Source: Casimicrobiaceae bacterium (GTDB lineage: Bacteria; Pseudomonadota; Gammaproteobacteria; Burkholderiales; Casimicrobiaceae). From it: DNA of 64,000 bases. Each line of letters starts with the position of its first letter. The stretch's first letter is position 1. Under the pieces are notes generated by a model that saw only the letters and a list, made by a program, of their open reading frames with translations, did not search any database and was not told where the DNA came from. The translations under genes were made by a program, and so were the position numbers. Below are positions 34,215 through 46,301 of the stretch, one piece after another. The stretch covers positions 43,552 through 107,551 of the forward strand of contig JBGAGT010000015.1 of the NCBI GenBank assembly GCA_044226535.1. Reading direction: 5' to 3'.

Positions 34215-35333
34215 ATGGGCGACGCGCGGCTTCGCGCGTGGGTCACGCTCGCGCACGCGAACCTGCCGCAGGCGAGCGTGGCGGCGCTGCTGCGCGAAAC
34301 CGGCGGCCCCGAGGCGCTGGTCGAGGGCGGGGCATCGCTGCGGGCCGGCGGCCGCGCCACGGCCGAGGCCTTCGCCCTCATCCCGCCCGGGGCCGTCGAT
34401 GCGACGCTGGAATGGCTCGCCGCGCCAGGGCATCGCCTCCTCGCCTGGGACGACCCCGACTATCCGCGCGCGCTGCTCGACGTCGGCGACGCGCCGCCGG
34501 TGCTGTTCCAGCTGGGAAGGCGCGAGCTCCTCAATCGGACCGCCGTGGCCATCGTCGGCAGCCGCCGCGCCACGCCGCAGGGGATCGACGACGCCTGCGC
34601 GTTCGCCCGCGCGCTCGCCGCCGCGGGCGTGACGGTGATCTCGGGGCTCGCCGAGGGCATCGACTCGGCCGCGCATCGCGGCGCGCTGGACGAGGCGGGC
34701 GGCACGCTGGCGGTGGTGGCGACGGGGCTCGACCGCGTTTACCCGGCCACCAACCACGCGCTCGCGCACGCACTCGCCGGGCGCGGCTGCCTCGTCTCGG
34801 AATTCGTGCCGGGCTCGCCCCCCGAAGCCTGGCATTTCCCGCGGCGTAACCGCCTGATCTCGGGGCTCGCGCGCGCGGTGCTGGTGGTCGAAGCGAGCCT
34901 GCGCTCGGGCTCGCTCATCACCGCGCGCCTCGCCGGCGAGCAGGGCCGCGAGGTGATGGCGATCCCCGGCTCGATCCACGCGCCGCTGTCACGGGGCTGC
35001 CACAAGCTCATCCGCGAAGGCGCCAAGCTCGTCGAGACGGCGCAGGACGTGCTGGTGGAACTCGGCCTCGCGGCGAACGCCACGCGTGCCGCGGCGGACG
35101 CCGAGGCGGTGGGCGATGCAGGCGAGGTGGGCGGAACGCGCGTGGCCGGCGCCCCGGCGTCGCAGGAGGACGCGCGGCTGCTTGCGGCGATGGGCAACGC
35201 GCCGGTGGGATTCGACCGCCTGGTCGCGCGCACCGGGTTCGCCGCCTCCACCATCGCGGCACGCATGACGGCGCTGGAAATCGAGGGGCAGGTGCGCGCG
35301 ATGCCGGGCGGGCTGTGGCAGCGCCGCGTATAA
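34215..35333 (+). CDS. dprA: DNA-processing protein DprA (Smf)
   Basis: VAIVGSRRATPQG, SGLAEGIDSAAHRGAL, FPRRNRLISGL, PGSIHAPLSRGCHKLIREGAKLV. Confidence 0.9.
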   Translation: MGDARLRAWVTLAHANLPQASVAALLRETGGPEALVEGGASLRAGGRATAEAFALIPPGAVDATLEWLAAPGHRLLAWDDPDYPRALLDVGDAPPVLFQLGRRELLNRTAVAIVGSRRATPQGIDDACAFARALAAAGVTVISGLAEGIDSAAHRGALDEAGGTLAVVATGLDRVYPATNHALAHALAGRGCLVSEFVPGSPPEAWHFPRRNRLISGLARAVLVVEASLRSGSLITARLAGEQGREVMAIPGSIHAPLSRGCHKLIREGAKLVETAQDVLVELGLAANATRAAADAEAVGDAGEVGGTRVAGAPASQEDARLLAAMGNAPVGFDRLVARTGFAASTIAARMTALEIEGQVRAMPGGLWQRRV

Positions 35334-35450
35334 CGTGTCGGGAACGGCGCCGTCGCCGGTGCCCGCGGCGGGATCGATTTGTCGACCTCGGGTTGCCGGC
35401 GGCGATGCTTCGTAGGTAGTATCGCCGCCTCTTTGAAGGAAGGATCACCC

Positions 35451-38465
<3,015 letters not shown>

Positions 38466-38466
38466 A

Positions 38467-38484
38467 GCGTCGCGCGCGCGACGC
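38467..38484. terminator. 18-bp perfect GC palindrome GCGTCGCGCGCGCGACGC between convergent genes (possible bidirectional terminator)
   Basis: Read directly. Starts 2 nt after the topoisomerase stop and ends 36 nt before the SBP gene stop. No U-tract. Confidence 0.3.
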
Positions 38485-38519
38485 GAAGCCAGGACAGCGA
38501 TCCTGCCCCGTGGCGGCGC

Positions 38520-40421
38520 TCAGCGGCCGCGCTTCGCGGTGTCGATGTCGAGGTAGCGCCAGTAGGTCGCGAAGAGCTGCGGCGCGAAGCCCTGCACCCA
38601 GGGATGCACGAACTCGTTCTGCAGCCTGAACATGACCGGGAACATCGGCACGTAGCTTCGCGCGATCGACGCCATGGTCAGCGCCGCACGCTGTTGGCCG
38701 GACGCGTCGGACGCGTGGAAGAACGCGTCCATCGCGCGGTCGTAGTCCGGCATCGCGAAGCGCGAGACGTTCTGGATCGGCGAGGCGCGGCTGTCGAGCT
38801 GCTGCAGGATGCCGTAGCCGAAGGGCAGGCCGCCGTAGCCGCCGTAGTACACGCCGAAGCGCCCGCTCTCGAGCTCCTTGATGGCGTCCTGGAAGGGCGT
38901 GATGTGGAAGTCGACGCGCACGCCCAGGGCGTCGTAGTTCTTGCGCATCAGCGTCGCGGTGGTCGTCGAGACGAGGCCCGAGCGCAGCGTGACGACGACC
39001 GTCAGCGGCCTGCCGTCGGGCCGCGTGCGGTAGCCGTCGGCGCCGCGCTTGAATCCCGTGCGGTCGAGCAGCGCGTTGGCCGCCGCGGGGTCGTACAGCG
39101 ACTTGTCGCCGTAGCCGTCGTCGTGCCCCGCGACGCGCGGCGGCAGCATCTGGTTCGCCGGCACCGACTGGCCGCCCATCGCGACCTCGATGAAGGCGTT
39201 CACGTCGAAGCCGAGTGCCAGCGCGCGGCGCAGCGCGATGGCCTCCCTGGACATGCCGCCGACGGCGTCGTCGCGGGTGTTGAAATACAGGAAGAAGCTG
39301 TAGGGCTCGGGTGTCGCGAGGCGCGTGACGCCCTGCGAGGCGAGGTCGGCGCGTACCGCGGCGAGGCCGGCGCTCGCTGTCGCGGGGCCGGCGGTCGCTG
39401 TCGCGAGGCCGGCGGTCGCTGTCGCGGCGCCGGTGCGTGCAGTCGTGTCATCCCCGCGCAAGCGGGGACCCCCCTTGTCGAGCAGGCGGTTGGCGACGTC
39501 GCTGTGGAGCTCGATGTAGTCGAGGTTGCCGCGCTCGAACTCCAGCACGCGCACGCTCTCCTCGTCGATCAGCGCGATGTCGACGGTGCCGATGCGCGGG
39601 AACTCACGGCCCTGCAGCGACCGCGACATCGCCGCCCACGGACCCGACTCCACGCGCGGGAACGCGGTCTTGCGATAGCCGGGGTTCGCGACCAGCTGCA
39701 GGCGCGAGCCGCGCTTCCACTCCTTCAGCATGTAGGCGCCGGTGCCGACCGGGTGGGCGGCGATGTCGTCGTGGTTCGCCTCCACGACCTCGCGCGCGCA
39801 GGCCCCCAGCGTCAGGAAGAACTGGATGGGCTGGTAGACCGCGTCGGTGAGCTTGAGCTGCAGGGTGTAGCGATCCAGCGCGCGCAGGCCCTCGAGCGGC
39901 GTGTCGTAGTCGAACTTCGCGCCGGGCTTGCGCGCGGCGTCGACGCGCGCCTTGGCGCCGACGATCAGGCGGTCGATCGAGGCATCGCCGCCTCGCCGGT
40001 GGTTGGGATCCAGCCAGCGCTGCAGCGAGTAGACGTAGTCGGCGGCCGTCAACTCGCGGCGCTTGCCGCCGAAGGCGGGGTCCGGGGTGAAGTAGATGCC
40101 GGGCTTGAGCTTGACGGTCCAGGTGAGCCCGTCGGCGCTGATCGCCGGCATTCCCTCGGCGGTGAGCGGCGCGAGCCGCACCGGCGAGGCGAGGTAATCG
40201 AACTCGTAGAGTCCCTCGAAGATCGCCACCAGGACGTTGTACGACGGCGAATCGTTGTACTGCTGGGGGTCGAGCGTGGCGATGTCGGGCGAGGCGACCC
40301 GCAGCACCTTGGCGGGATCCGCAGCGGCGAGTGCACCCGGCGACACGCCCATCGCGAAGCTCGCGGCTGCGAGGGCCACGAGGGCCGCGAGTGTGCGGGG
40401 CGCTTGCATCGGGACGATCAT
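38520..40421 (-). CDS. ABC-transporter substrate-binding protein, family 5 (peptide/nickel/opine type), orphan
   Basis: Signal peptide MIVPMQAPRTLAALVALAAASFAMG. Family-5 features: LRVASPDIATLDPQQYNDSPSYNVL and WTVKLKPGIYFTPD. No permease or ATPase genes adjacent. Carries an in-frame repeat/REP insertion at 39364-39471. Confidence 0.82.
   Translation of the reverse strand: MIVPMQAPRTLAALVALAAASFAMGVSPGALAAADPAKVLRVASPDIATLDPQQYNDSPSYNVLVAIFEGLYEFDYLASPVRLAPLTAEGMPAISADGLTWTVKLKPGIYFTPDPAFGGKRRELTAADYVYSLQRWLDPNHRRGGDASIDRLIVGAKARVDAARKPGAKFDYDTPLEGLRALDRYTLQLKLTDAVYQPIQFFLTLGACAREVVEANHDDIAAHPVGTGAYMLKEWKRGSRLQLVANPGYRKTAFPRVESGPWAAMSRSLQGREFPRIGTVDIALIDEESVRVLEFERGNLDYIELHSDVANRLLDKGGPRLRGDDTTARTGAATATAGLATATAGPATASAGLAAVRADLASQGVTRLATPEPYSFFLYFNTRDDAVGGMSREAIALRRALALGFDVNAFIEVAMGGQSVPANQMLPPRVAGHDDGYGDKSLYDPAAANALLDRTGFKRGADGYRTRPDGRPLTVVVTLRSGLVSTTTATLMRKNYDALGVRVDFHITPFQDAIKELESGRFGVYYGGYGGLPFGYGILQQLDSRASPIQNVSRFAMPDYDRAMDAFFHASDASGQQRAALTMASIARSYVPMFPVMFRLQNEFVHPWVQGFAPQLFATYWRYLDIDTAKRGR
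39364..39447 (-). repeat. 21-nt tandem repeat, three near-perfect units plus one degenerate unit, inside the SBP CDS
   Basis: The units are AGGCCGGCGCTCGCTGTCGCG (39364-84), GGGCCGGCGGTCGCTGTCGCG (39385-405), AGGCCGGCGGTCGCTGTCGCG (39406-26), then a degenerate unit. They encode TATAGLA/TATAGPA/TASAGLA heptads on the minus strand. Confidence 0.85.
39447..39471 (-). repeat. REP-like palindromic element, intragenic copy (GTCATCCCCGCGCAAGCGGGGACCC)
   Basis: Exact reverse complement of the 23852-23876 element. Translated in frame in the SBP as GGPRLRGDD. Confidence 0.85.
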
Positions 40422-40444
40422 GGCACGGCCCACCGAGGCGCACA

Positions 40445-40966
40445 ATGCGGGGCATGGACCCCATCCACGCGGTCGTGGAGCTTGCGTCGGCCGCCGACGC
40501 GCCGCTGCTCGCGAGCCTTTCGCGCGACCTCATCGAGGCGGGCCTCGGCTGGAGCTATCGCCAGCCGCAGATCGCGCGTTTCGTGCAGAGCGCGAACCAC
40601 ACGGTGATCGTCGCGCGCGACGGCTCGCGAATCGCGGGCTTCGCGGTGATGGAGTTCGGCGACGAGCGCGCGCACCTCGTGCTGCTGGCGGTGCGGCCTT
40701 CGCACCGCCGTCGCGGCATCGGCACGCGGCTCGCCGCCTGGCTGATCGATTGCGCGCGCGCCGCGGGCGCCGCCTGCGTCCACGTCGAGGTCCGCGAAGC
40801 CAACGTCGACGCGCGCGCACTGTACCGGCGCCTGGGCTTCGTCGAGAGCGAGCACCTCGCGGACTACTACCGCGGCCGCGAGGATGCCGTGCGCATGCGC
40901 TGCATGCTGCGCAGCGCCGACGCCCCGTTGCCGACCTGGACGCCGCCGCCCAAGGCACGGCATTAG
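40445..40966 (+). CDS. GNAT-family N-acetyltransferase (RimI-like)
   Basis: Acetyl-CoA-binding segment LLAVRPSHRRRGIGTRLAAWLI and ...ALYRRLGF. About 173 aa. Confidence 0.8.
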   Translation: MRGMDPIHAVVELASAADAPLLASLSRDLIEAGLGWSYRQPQIARFVQSANHTVIVARDGSRIAGFAVMEFGDERAHLVLLAVRPSHRRRGIGTRLAAWLIDCARAAGAACVHVEVREANVDARALYRRLGFVESEHLADYYRGREDAVRMRCMLRSADAPLPTWTPPPKARH

Positions 40967-40978
40967 GACGCGCCGGAT

Positions 40979-41003
40979 GGGTCCCCGCTTGTGCGGGGAT
41001 GAC
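40979..41003 (+). repeat. REP-like palindromic element (GGGTCCCCGCTTGTGCGGGGATGAC)
   Basis: 24 of 25 identical to 23852-23876. Followed by a second GGGATGAC word at 41011-41018. Intergenic. Confidence 0.8.
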
Positions 41004-41058
41004 GTACCGTGGGATGACGCGCCGTGCGCTTGACGGCGGGGCGGTATGCTTCGCGGCC

Positions 41059-41796
41059 ATGGCATCGATCGAGGTCCGCGAGGAGGACGGCGTCCGCTAC
41101 CTGCAGTTCGGCTCGTCCTGGGTGCAGGGCGCGATGCGCCTCGACGATCCCTGGGGCCTCGAGCTCGAGTACACGCGCGACATGATGTTCCCGCTGCTGT
41201 TGCGCGAGGGGACGCGCTGGCCCGCCTCGGCGCTGGTCGTCGGGCTGGGCGCCGCCTCGGTGACGCGCTTCCTCTACCGCCATTTCCCGCGCATCGCGCA
41301 AACCGTCGTCGAGTACGAGCCCGCGGTCGTCGACGCCGCACGCGCGTACTTCCGCCTCCCGGCCGAGCGTGCGCGCCTGCGCATCACGGTCGACGACGGC
41401 GCCGACTACATGGTGTCGAGCGACCGCCGCTTCGACTGGCTGCTGGTCGACGGCTACGACGCCAAGGGGCGCGCCGGGGCGCTCGACACGCTGGCGTTCT
41501 ACTGCAACTGCCGCGCGCGCCTCGCCGACGACGGCATCGCCACGTTCAACTTCCTCACCTGGCGGCATGCGCTGCGCGGCAGCCTCGAGCGGCTGCGCGC
41601 GGCCTTCGGCGCGGACCACGTGCGTGCGTTGCCGGTGTGCGAAAGCGGGAACGTCGTCGCGCTGGCGAGCACCGGCGCGCCGCTCGCGTCGAGCGACGCG
41701 GCGCTGAAGCGCGCGGCGACGCGGCTGCGCGTGCGCACCGGGCTCGACCTCGCGCCGCTGCTGCGCCGGATCGCCCGGCAGCGCAAGGGCGACTGA
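41059..41796 (+). CDS. spermidine-synthase-like (PABS fold) class I methyltransferase-family protein
   Basis: ALVVGLGAASVTRFLYRHFP, VEYEPAVVDAARAYFRLP, ITVDDGADYM, FDWLLVDGYD. 245 aa. Confidence 0.7.
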   Translation: MASIEVREEDGVRYLQFGSSWVQGAMRLDDPWGLELEYTRDMMFPLLLREGTRWPASALVVGLGAASVTRFLYRHFPRIAQTVVEYEPAVVDAARAYFRLPAERARLRITVDDGADYMVSSDRRFDWLLVDGYDAKGRAGALDTLAFYCNCRARLADDGIATFNFLTWRHALRGSLERLRAAFGADHVRALPVCESGNVVALASTGAPLASSDAALKRAATRLRVRTGLDLAPLLRRIARQRKGD

Positions 41797-41888
41797 CGCG
41801 CGGCGATGACGGGGCGCGGGGATGACGGGCGCGCGGGTTATCATCGCGGGTTCGCCCGGCGCGCCCTTGCGCGCCGCCGCTTCCTCCC

Positions 41889-43835
41889 ATGACCGTCCGC
41901 ACCGTCGAATCCCGCTACGCCTGGCTGCGGCTGTACACGAGTCTCCTGCTGTCGACCATCGCCGGCGTCGGCATGTGGGCGGTGGTCGTCGCGCTGCCGG
42001 CCGTGCAGGCCGACTTCGGTGTCGCGCGTGCGGCCGCCTCGTTTCCCTACGCCCTCACCATGCTGGGCTTCGGCGCCGGCAGCATCATCACCGGCCGCCT
42101 GTCCGACCGCTTCGGCATCATGGTGCCGCTCTTCGCGTCGTCGGTGTCGCTGGCGACGGGATTCATCGCCGCGTCCTTCGCGCCGGGCATCGGCGCGTTC
42201 GCGCTGGCGCAGGGCGCGCTGATCGGCTTCGGCACCGCGGCGTCGTTCTCGCCGCTGCTCGCGCACATGTCGCAATGGTTCGACCGCCGCCGGGGCATCG
42301 CGGTCGCCATCGTGGCGAGCGGCAGCTATGCCGCCGGCGCGCTGTGGCCGCCCGTGGTCCAGCACTTCATCGAGACCAGCGGATGGCGGGCGACCTACTT
42401 CGGCGTCGGCGTGTTCTGCGCGGTGACGCTGATCCCCCTGTGCCTGATGTTCCGCACGCCGGCGCCCCCGGCAGGCGGTGTCTCTGTCGCCGGCGCGGCC
42501 AGGCGGCGCCGCGTCGAGCCGCCGCTCGACGTCGACGGGCGCACGCTGCAATGGCTGCTGGTGATCGCGGGCATCTGCTGTTGCGTGGCGATGTCGATGC
42601 CGCAGGTGCACCTCGTCGCCTACTGCGCCGACCTGGGCTACGGCCCTGCACGCGGCGCGCAGATGCTGTCGGTGATGCTCGCCTTCGGCGTGGTCAGCCG
42701 CATCGCGTTCGGCGTCCTTTCGGACCGTATCGGCGGCCTTCGCACGCTGCTGACCGGGTCGGTGCTGCAGGGCGTGGCGCTGCTGCTCTTCCTGCCCTTC
42801 GACGGGCTCACGTCGCTGTATGTGGTCTCGGCGCTGTTCGGCCTCTTCCAGGGCGGCATCGTGCCTGCCTACGCGATCATCATCCGCGACTATTTCCCGG
42901 CACGCGAAGCCGGCACGCGCGTGTCGCTGGTGATCACCGCGACCCTGGTCGGCATGGCGCTGGGCGGCTGGATGTCGGGCGCGATCTTCGACCTCACGGG
43001 TTCCTATCGCGCCGCCTTCGTCAACGGCATCCTTTTCAACCTGGTCAACGTGTCGATCGTGGGATGGCTGCTGTGGCGGCGCAGCCGCCAGCCGCCGCGC
43101 CGCGTTCGCGTAGCGTCGTTTGCGTGGCGGCGCACGCGCGGCATGGCACGCGCATGGCGGCGCGGCCGCCATGCGTCCTTCACGCGGCGCGCCCGCGCGC
43201 TCGAGTTACGGAAAGCGCGCGTACAGGCAGGTATCGCGGAGCGTCCCGCCGGGATCGCGCCGCTCGTGGCGCTGCGTGCCTTCCAGGACGAAGCCGCAGC
43301 GCTCGGCGACGCGGCGCGACCGCCGGTTCGCGGCGTCGGTGACGATCTCGACGCGCACCGCGCCGATGTGCTGGAAGGCATAGTCGACCAGGCCGGCAAC
43401 CGCCTCGGCGACGAAGCCTTCGCCCACGCGCGAGGTCCTGCACCAGTAGCCGACCTCCGTCTTGGGCGTGTCCCAGACCGTGCGATGCAGGCCCGAGCCG
43501 CCGACCAGTTGGCCGCTCGCGCGCTCGAACAGGAAGAAGGGCAGGTCCTTGCGCGAGACGAAGTTGGCGCTCGCGTTGCGGCAATAGGTCTCGGCCGATT
43601 CCGGCGTCTGCTCGGCCGCCACCCAGGGCAGCGAGGCGAGGAACTCGCGCAGCGCCGCCAGCGACTCCTGCAGCGCCTCGTGCAGCATGGCACCGTCGCC
43701 GGGGCGCGGAGGCCGCAGCAGCAGGCGCTCGGTGCGGATCTCCACCGGCAGGTCGAGCAGGATCGGGTTGATCATCCCTTGGCGTTGGCGTCGAAGGCCG
43801 CGTCGACGGGCACCTGCAGCCCCGTCGCCAGGTGA
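41889..43835 (+). CDS. MFS transporter (oxalate/formate-antiporter-like); recognisable protein ends near 43100 but no in-frame stop occurs until 43833-43835
   Basis: 12-TM pattern with the GRLSDRFG motif up to ...NVSIVGWLLWRRSRQ. The remaining ~245 codons are Arg/Ala-rich antisense sequence of the GNAT and CMD genes. Confidence 0.7.
   Translation: MTVRTVESRYAWLRLYTSLLLSTIAGVGMWAVVVALPAVQADFGVARAAASFPYALTMLGFGAGSIITGRLSDRFGIMVPLFASSVSLATGFIAASFAPGIGAFALAQGALIGFGTAASFSPLLAHMSQWFDRRRGIAVAIVASGSYAAGALWPPVVQHFIETSGWRATYFGVGVFCAVTLIPLCLMFRTPAPPAGGVSVAGAARRRRVEPPLDVDGRTLQWLLVIAGICCCVAMSMPQVHLVAYCADLGYGPARGAQMLSVMLAFGVVSRIAFGVLSDRIGGLRTLLTGSVLQGVALLLFLPFDGLTSLYVVSALFGLFQGGIVPAYAIIIRDYFPAREAGTRVSLVITATLVGMALGGWMSGAIFDLTGSYRAAFVNGILFNLVNVSIVGWLLWRRSRQPPRRVRVASFAWRRTRGMARAWRRGRHASFTRRARALELRKARVQAGIAERPAGIAPLVALRAFQDEAAALGDAARPPVRGVGDDLDAHRADVLEGIVDQAGNRLGDEAFAHARGPAPVADLRLGRVPDRAMQARAADQLAARALEQEEGQVLARDEVGARVAAIGLGRFRRLLGRHPGQRGEELAQRRQRLLQRLVQHGTVAGARRPQQQALGADLHRQVEQDRVDHPLALASKAASTGTCSPVAR
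43206..43775 (-). CDS. GNAT-family N-acetyltransferase (RimJ/RimL-like)
   Basis: MINPILLDLPVEIRTERLLLRPPRPGD..., GYWCRTSRVGEGFVAEAV, NRRSRRVAERCGF. ATG overlaps the upstream stop (ATGA). Confidence 0.8.
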   Translation of the reverse strand: MINPILLDLPVEIRTERLLLRPPRPGDGAMLHEALQESLAALREFLASLPWVAAEQTPESAETYCRNASANFVSRKDLPFFLFERASGQLVGGSGLHRTVWDTPKTEVGYWCRTSRVGEGFVAEAVAGLVDYAFQHIGAVRVEIVTDAANRRSRRVAERCGFVLEGTQRHERRDPGGTLRDTCLYARFP

Positions 43836-44182
43836 TTGGTCCTGGCGGCCAGCGCGACGATGGACAGGAGCTCGGCATACTGCGCGTCGGTCATGCCCTT
43901 GGCGCGCGCGGCGGCGGTGTGCGAGTGCACGCAGTAGCCGCAGGCATTGGCCACCGACACGGCGATGTAGATCATCTCCTTGGTGAGCGGGTCGATCGAG
44001 GTCGGCGCCGCCATCACGCCCTTGACCTCGGCCCAGGTGGCTTCGAGCAGCGCGGGGTCGAAGGCCAGCGCGCGCCACAGGTTGTTGATGAAGTCGGTCT
44101 TGCGCGTGGCGCGGATGTCGTCGAACACCGCCTTCACGCGCGGGTCGGCTTCGGGATGGGCGGGCGGCTTTTGCGTGCTCAT
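43772..44182 (-). CDS. carboxymuconolactone decarboxylase-family (AhpD-like) protein
   Basis: IYIAVSVANACGYCVHSHTAAARAKG is the CxxC/H AhpD-like core. 136 aa. Confidence 0.8.
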   Translation of the reverse strand: MSTQKPPAHPEADPRVKAVFDDIRATRKTDFINNLWRALAFDPALLEATWAEVKGVMAAPTSIDPLTKEMIYIAVSVANACGYCVHSHTAAARAKGMTDAQYAELLSIVALAARTNHLATGLQVPVDAAFDANAKG

Positions 44183-44300
44183 GGGTCGAGGGCGGCTCGG
44201 GGAGCGGGGCCGCCATCATAACCATCGGATCGTGACGAACACGGCGAACGCATCCACGGCGGCGACGAGGAACGCGCGAAGGACACGAAGGACGATTCGA

Positions 44301-45125
44301 TCACCCGGCATCGGCGCCGGCGTGCACCGGTGCACGTCCGGACACCGCCCAAGCCCGCGCGCGCAACGTGACGGGACCTGCGCGAGGCGCCGCGATCCGC
44401 GCCCGCAGCGCTTCGCGCAGCGCCGCCCGGCGGTCGTCGGAAAGCGACGCCACATACGCGGGCGCGGGGCCCTGGCCGCCGAGGAAGGGCTGCCAGTAGT
44501 CGTCGAAGTCCCGGAACTCGGCACGCGCGTCCAGCGCCGTGGTCGCGACGTTCGCGAATCCCGCGGCCTCGAAAGCCGCTCGCAGCGCGGCCGGCGTGCA
44601 GAGCGGGAAGCGCGGACCTTCGTGCAAGCCCGCGCAGGCCGGGTCGAGCGCGACGGCGCAATCCCAGAAGATCCGGATGATTTCCATCTCGCCGCCGTAA
44701 TCCCAGACGTAGGCCGCGACCGTTCCGCCCGGAGCCGTGACGCGCCGCATCTCGGCGAGGCCGGCGGCGGTGTCCGGCACGAAGTTCAGCACCAGGCCCG
44801 ACACGACCACGTCGCAGCTCGCATCGTCCAGCGGCAACGCTGCGGCGCTGCCCGCGCGGAGGCGCACGCGATCGCCGAGGTTTTGCGCGGCGAGCCCGAG
44901 GAAGCCTTCCGAAGGCTCGACCCCCGTCAGCGACGCAGGCGCGCAGCGATCGAGGATCGCCGCGCAGAGTGCCCCGGTGCCGCAGCCCACGTCGAGCCAC
45001 CGCTCGTCATGCGGGCGGCCGAGCCAGGTGAGGAAGGCGGGTGCGACCAGCCGGCTCCAGCGGCCGATGTAGCGCTCGTAGGGGCTACCGCGCTCCCAGG
45101 TATCCGAAATGCGTGGGGTGCTCAT
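44301..45125 (-). CDS. class I SAM-dependent methyltransferase
   Basis: Motif I WLDVGCGTGAL, then VVSGLVLNFV and APGGTVAAYVWD. Confidence 0.8.
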   Translation of the reverse strand: MSTPRISDTWERGSPYERYIGRWSRLVAPAFLTWLGRPHDERWLDVGCGTGALCAAILDRCAPASLTGVEPSEGFLGLAAQNLGDRVRLRAGSAAALPLDDASCDVVVSGLVLNFVPDTAAGLAEMRRVTAPGGTVAAYVWDYGGEMEIIRIFWDCAVALDPACAGLHEGPRFPLCTPAALRAAFEAAGFANVATTALDARAEFRDFDDYWQPFLGGQGPAPAYVASLSDDRRAALREALRARIAAPRAGPVTLRARAWAVSGRAPVHAGADAG

Positions 45126-45296
45126 CGGGCGTCCTCCAGTCGGGCGTCATGCCTCGACGCCGCCAAAGCGCACCGTGCGGATCCGAGGCCGCGGCCCTCG
45201 AGCCGCGGATGATCTCGAAGCTGTGGATGGCCACAGGCTGCTCCCCTGCGGTCCAAGCGCGAAGTCTGCCACGAAGCGCCGCAGGGTGCCGGCCTC

Positions 45297-46280
45297 CTAC
45301 GCAAGGCCCTCGTTCACGGCGCGCGCGATCAGCGCACGTGCCTCGCGGCCCTCGGGGGTCGGCAGGCCCGCGTAGTTGTGCGGCTGGCCGCGCTTGAGGT
45401 GCAGCTGCACGGGCACCCCGACGGCGCGCGCCCTGGCCGCGAGCTCGACGGCGTCCGGGTACAGCAGGTCGAGCGTTCCCGAGAAGACCAGCATCGGCGC
45501 AAGCCCGCGCAGGTCGCCGCGCAGCGGGCTGACATAGGGATGCGTGACCTCGAGCTCGCCCGCGTACAGGCGAGCGCCTTCGCGGATGCCGGGAATGTCC
45601 TGGGTCGGGTCGCGCAACGCGAGCGTCTGCTGCCACGCGCGGCCGATGGAGGCATCCAGCCCGGGCGAGATGAGCACCAGGCCCTCGGGTTGCCGCTGCC
45701 CGCGCTCGCGCAGCCATTGCGCCGCTGCAAGCGCCATCCCGGCACCCGCGGAATTGCCGACCACCGTCACCTTGGCGGTGCCGGCATCGCCGATCAGGCA
45801 GCCGAGGAGGCGCCCCACGGCGGGCACGATCTCCCCTGCCGTTCCCTGCGGCGCCAGCGGGTAGATCGGCACCACGCATCGGACCCCCGCCGCGCGCGCG
45901 AGGTGGCCGACGAATCGCCAATGCGCCTTGGTGATTTCCTTGACATGACCGCCTCCGTGCAGGAACACCACGGTGTTCGCGCTGCGGCGGTCATCAAGGG
46001 GCTCGACGCGATAGACCGGCCATCCATCGACCGGATCCATGGCGACCGTCACACCCGCACCGAGGCCTCTCGGCTGGTAGGTCGCGGGCCCGGACGCACG
46101 CTTTTGCACGTATGCCTGGACGGCGGCCGCGCTGGCCGTGCGCTTCCTGATCGGCAGGAGCCTCGACAAGCCGGTAATGCAGCGGCTTTGCCAGCTCGGC
46201 GCGGTGTCGTCGAGGATCGTGCGGTGAAGTTGCAAGGCGCCCGCGAGGGAGCGGATCGATGTCGTATGTCCATTGCTCAT
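45297..46280 (-). CDS. alpha/beta hydrolase (fold-3, HSL-type esterase/lipase family)
   Basis: Oxyanion VVFLHGGGH and nucleophile elbow VVGNSAGAG. 327 aa. Confidence 0.8.
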   Translation of the reverse strand: MSNGHTTSIRSLAGALQLHRTILDDTAPSWQSRCITGLSRLLPIRKRTASAAAVQAYVQKRASGPATYQPRGLGAGVTVAMDPVDGWPVYRVEPLDDRRSANTVVFLHGGGHVKEITKAHWRFVGHLARAAGVRCVVPIYPLAPQGTAGEIVPAVGRLLGCLIGDAGTAKVTVVGNSAGAGMALAAAQWLRERGQRQPEGLVLISPGLDASIGRAWQQTLALRDPTQDIPGIREGARLYAGELEVTHPYVSPLRGDLRGLAPMLVFSGTLDLLYPDAVELAARARAVGVPVQLHLKRGQPHNYAGLPTPEGREARALIARAVNEGLA

Positions 46281-46301
46281 TGCATGTCCTTGTCGAAGCG
46301 C

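Noticed and set aside
39364-39447. The 21-nt tandem repeats might be a mini-CRISPR array.
   Set aside because: The units are directly adjacent with no spacers, lie inside an intact CDS in frame, and no cas genes are present.
39450-39458. An RGD tripeptide encoded within the intragenic REP copy (GGPRLRGDD) might be an integrin-binding motif.
   Set aside because: It is simply the translation of the conserved GCGGGGATGAC word of the repeat element, so the motif is coincidental.
41814-41850. GATGAC words and the TTATCATC sequence upstream of the MFS gene might be a specific operator or DnaA-like box.
   Set aside because: They look like a truncated half-copy of the REP-like element, with no palindromic partner and no match better than 6/9 to a DnaA box.
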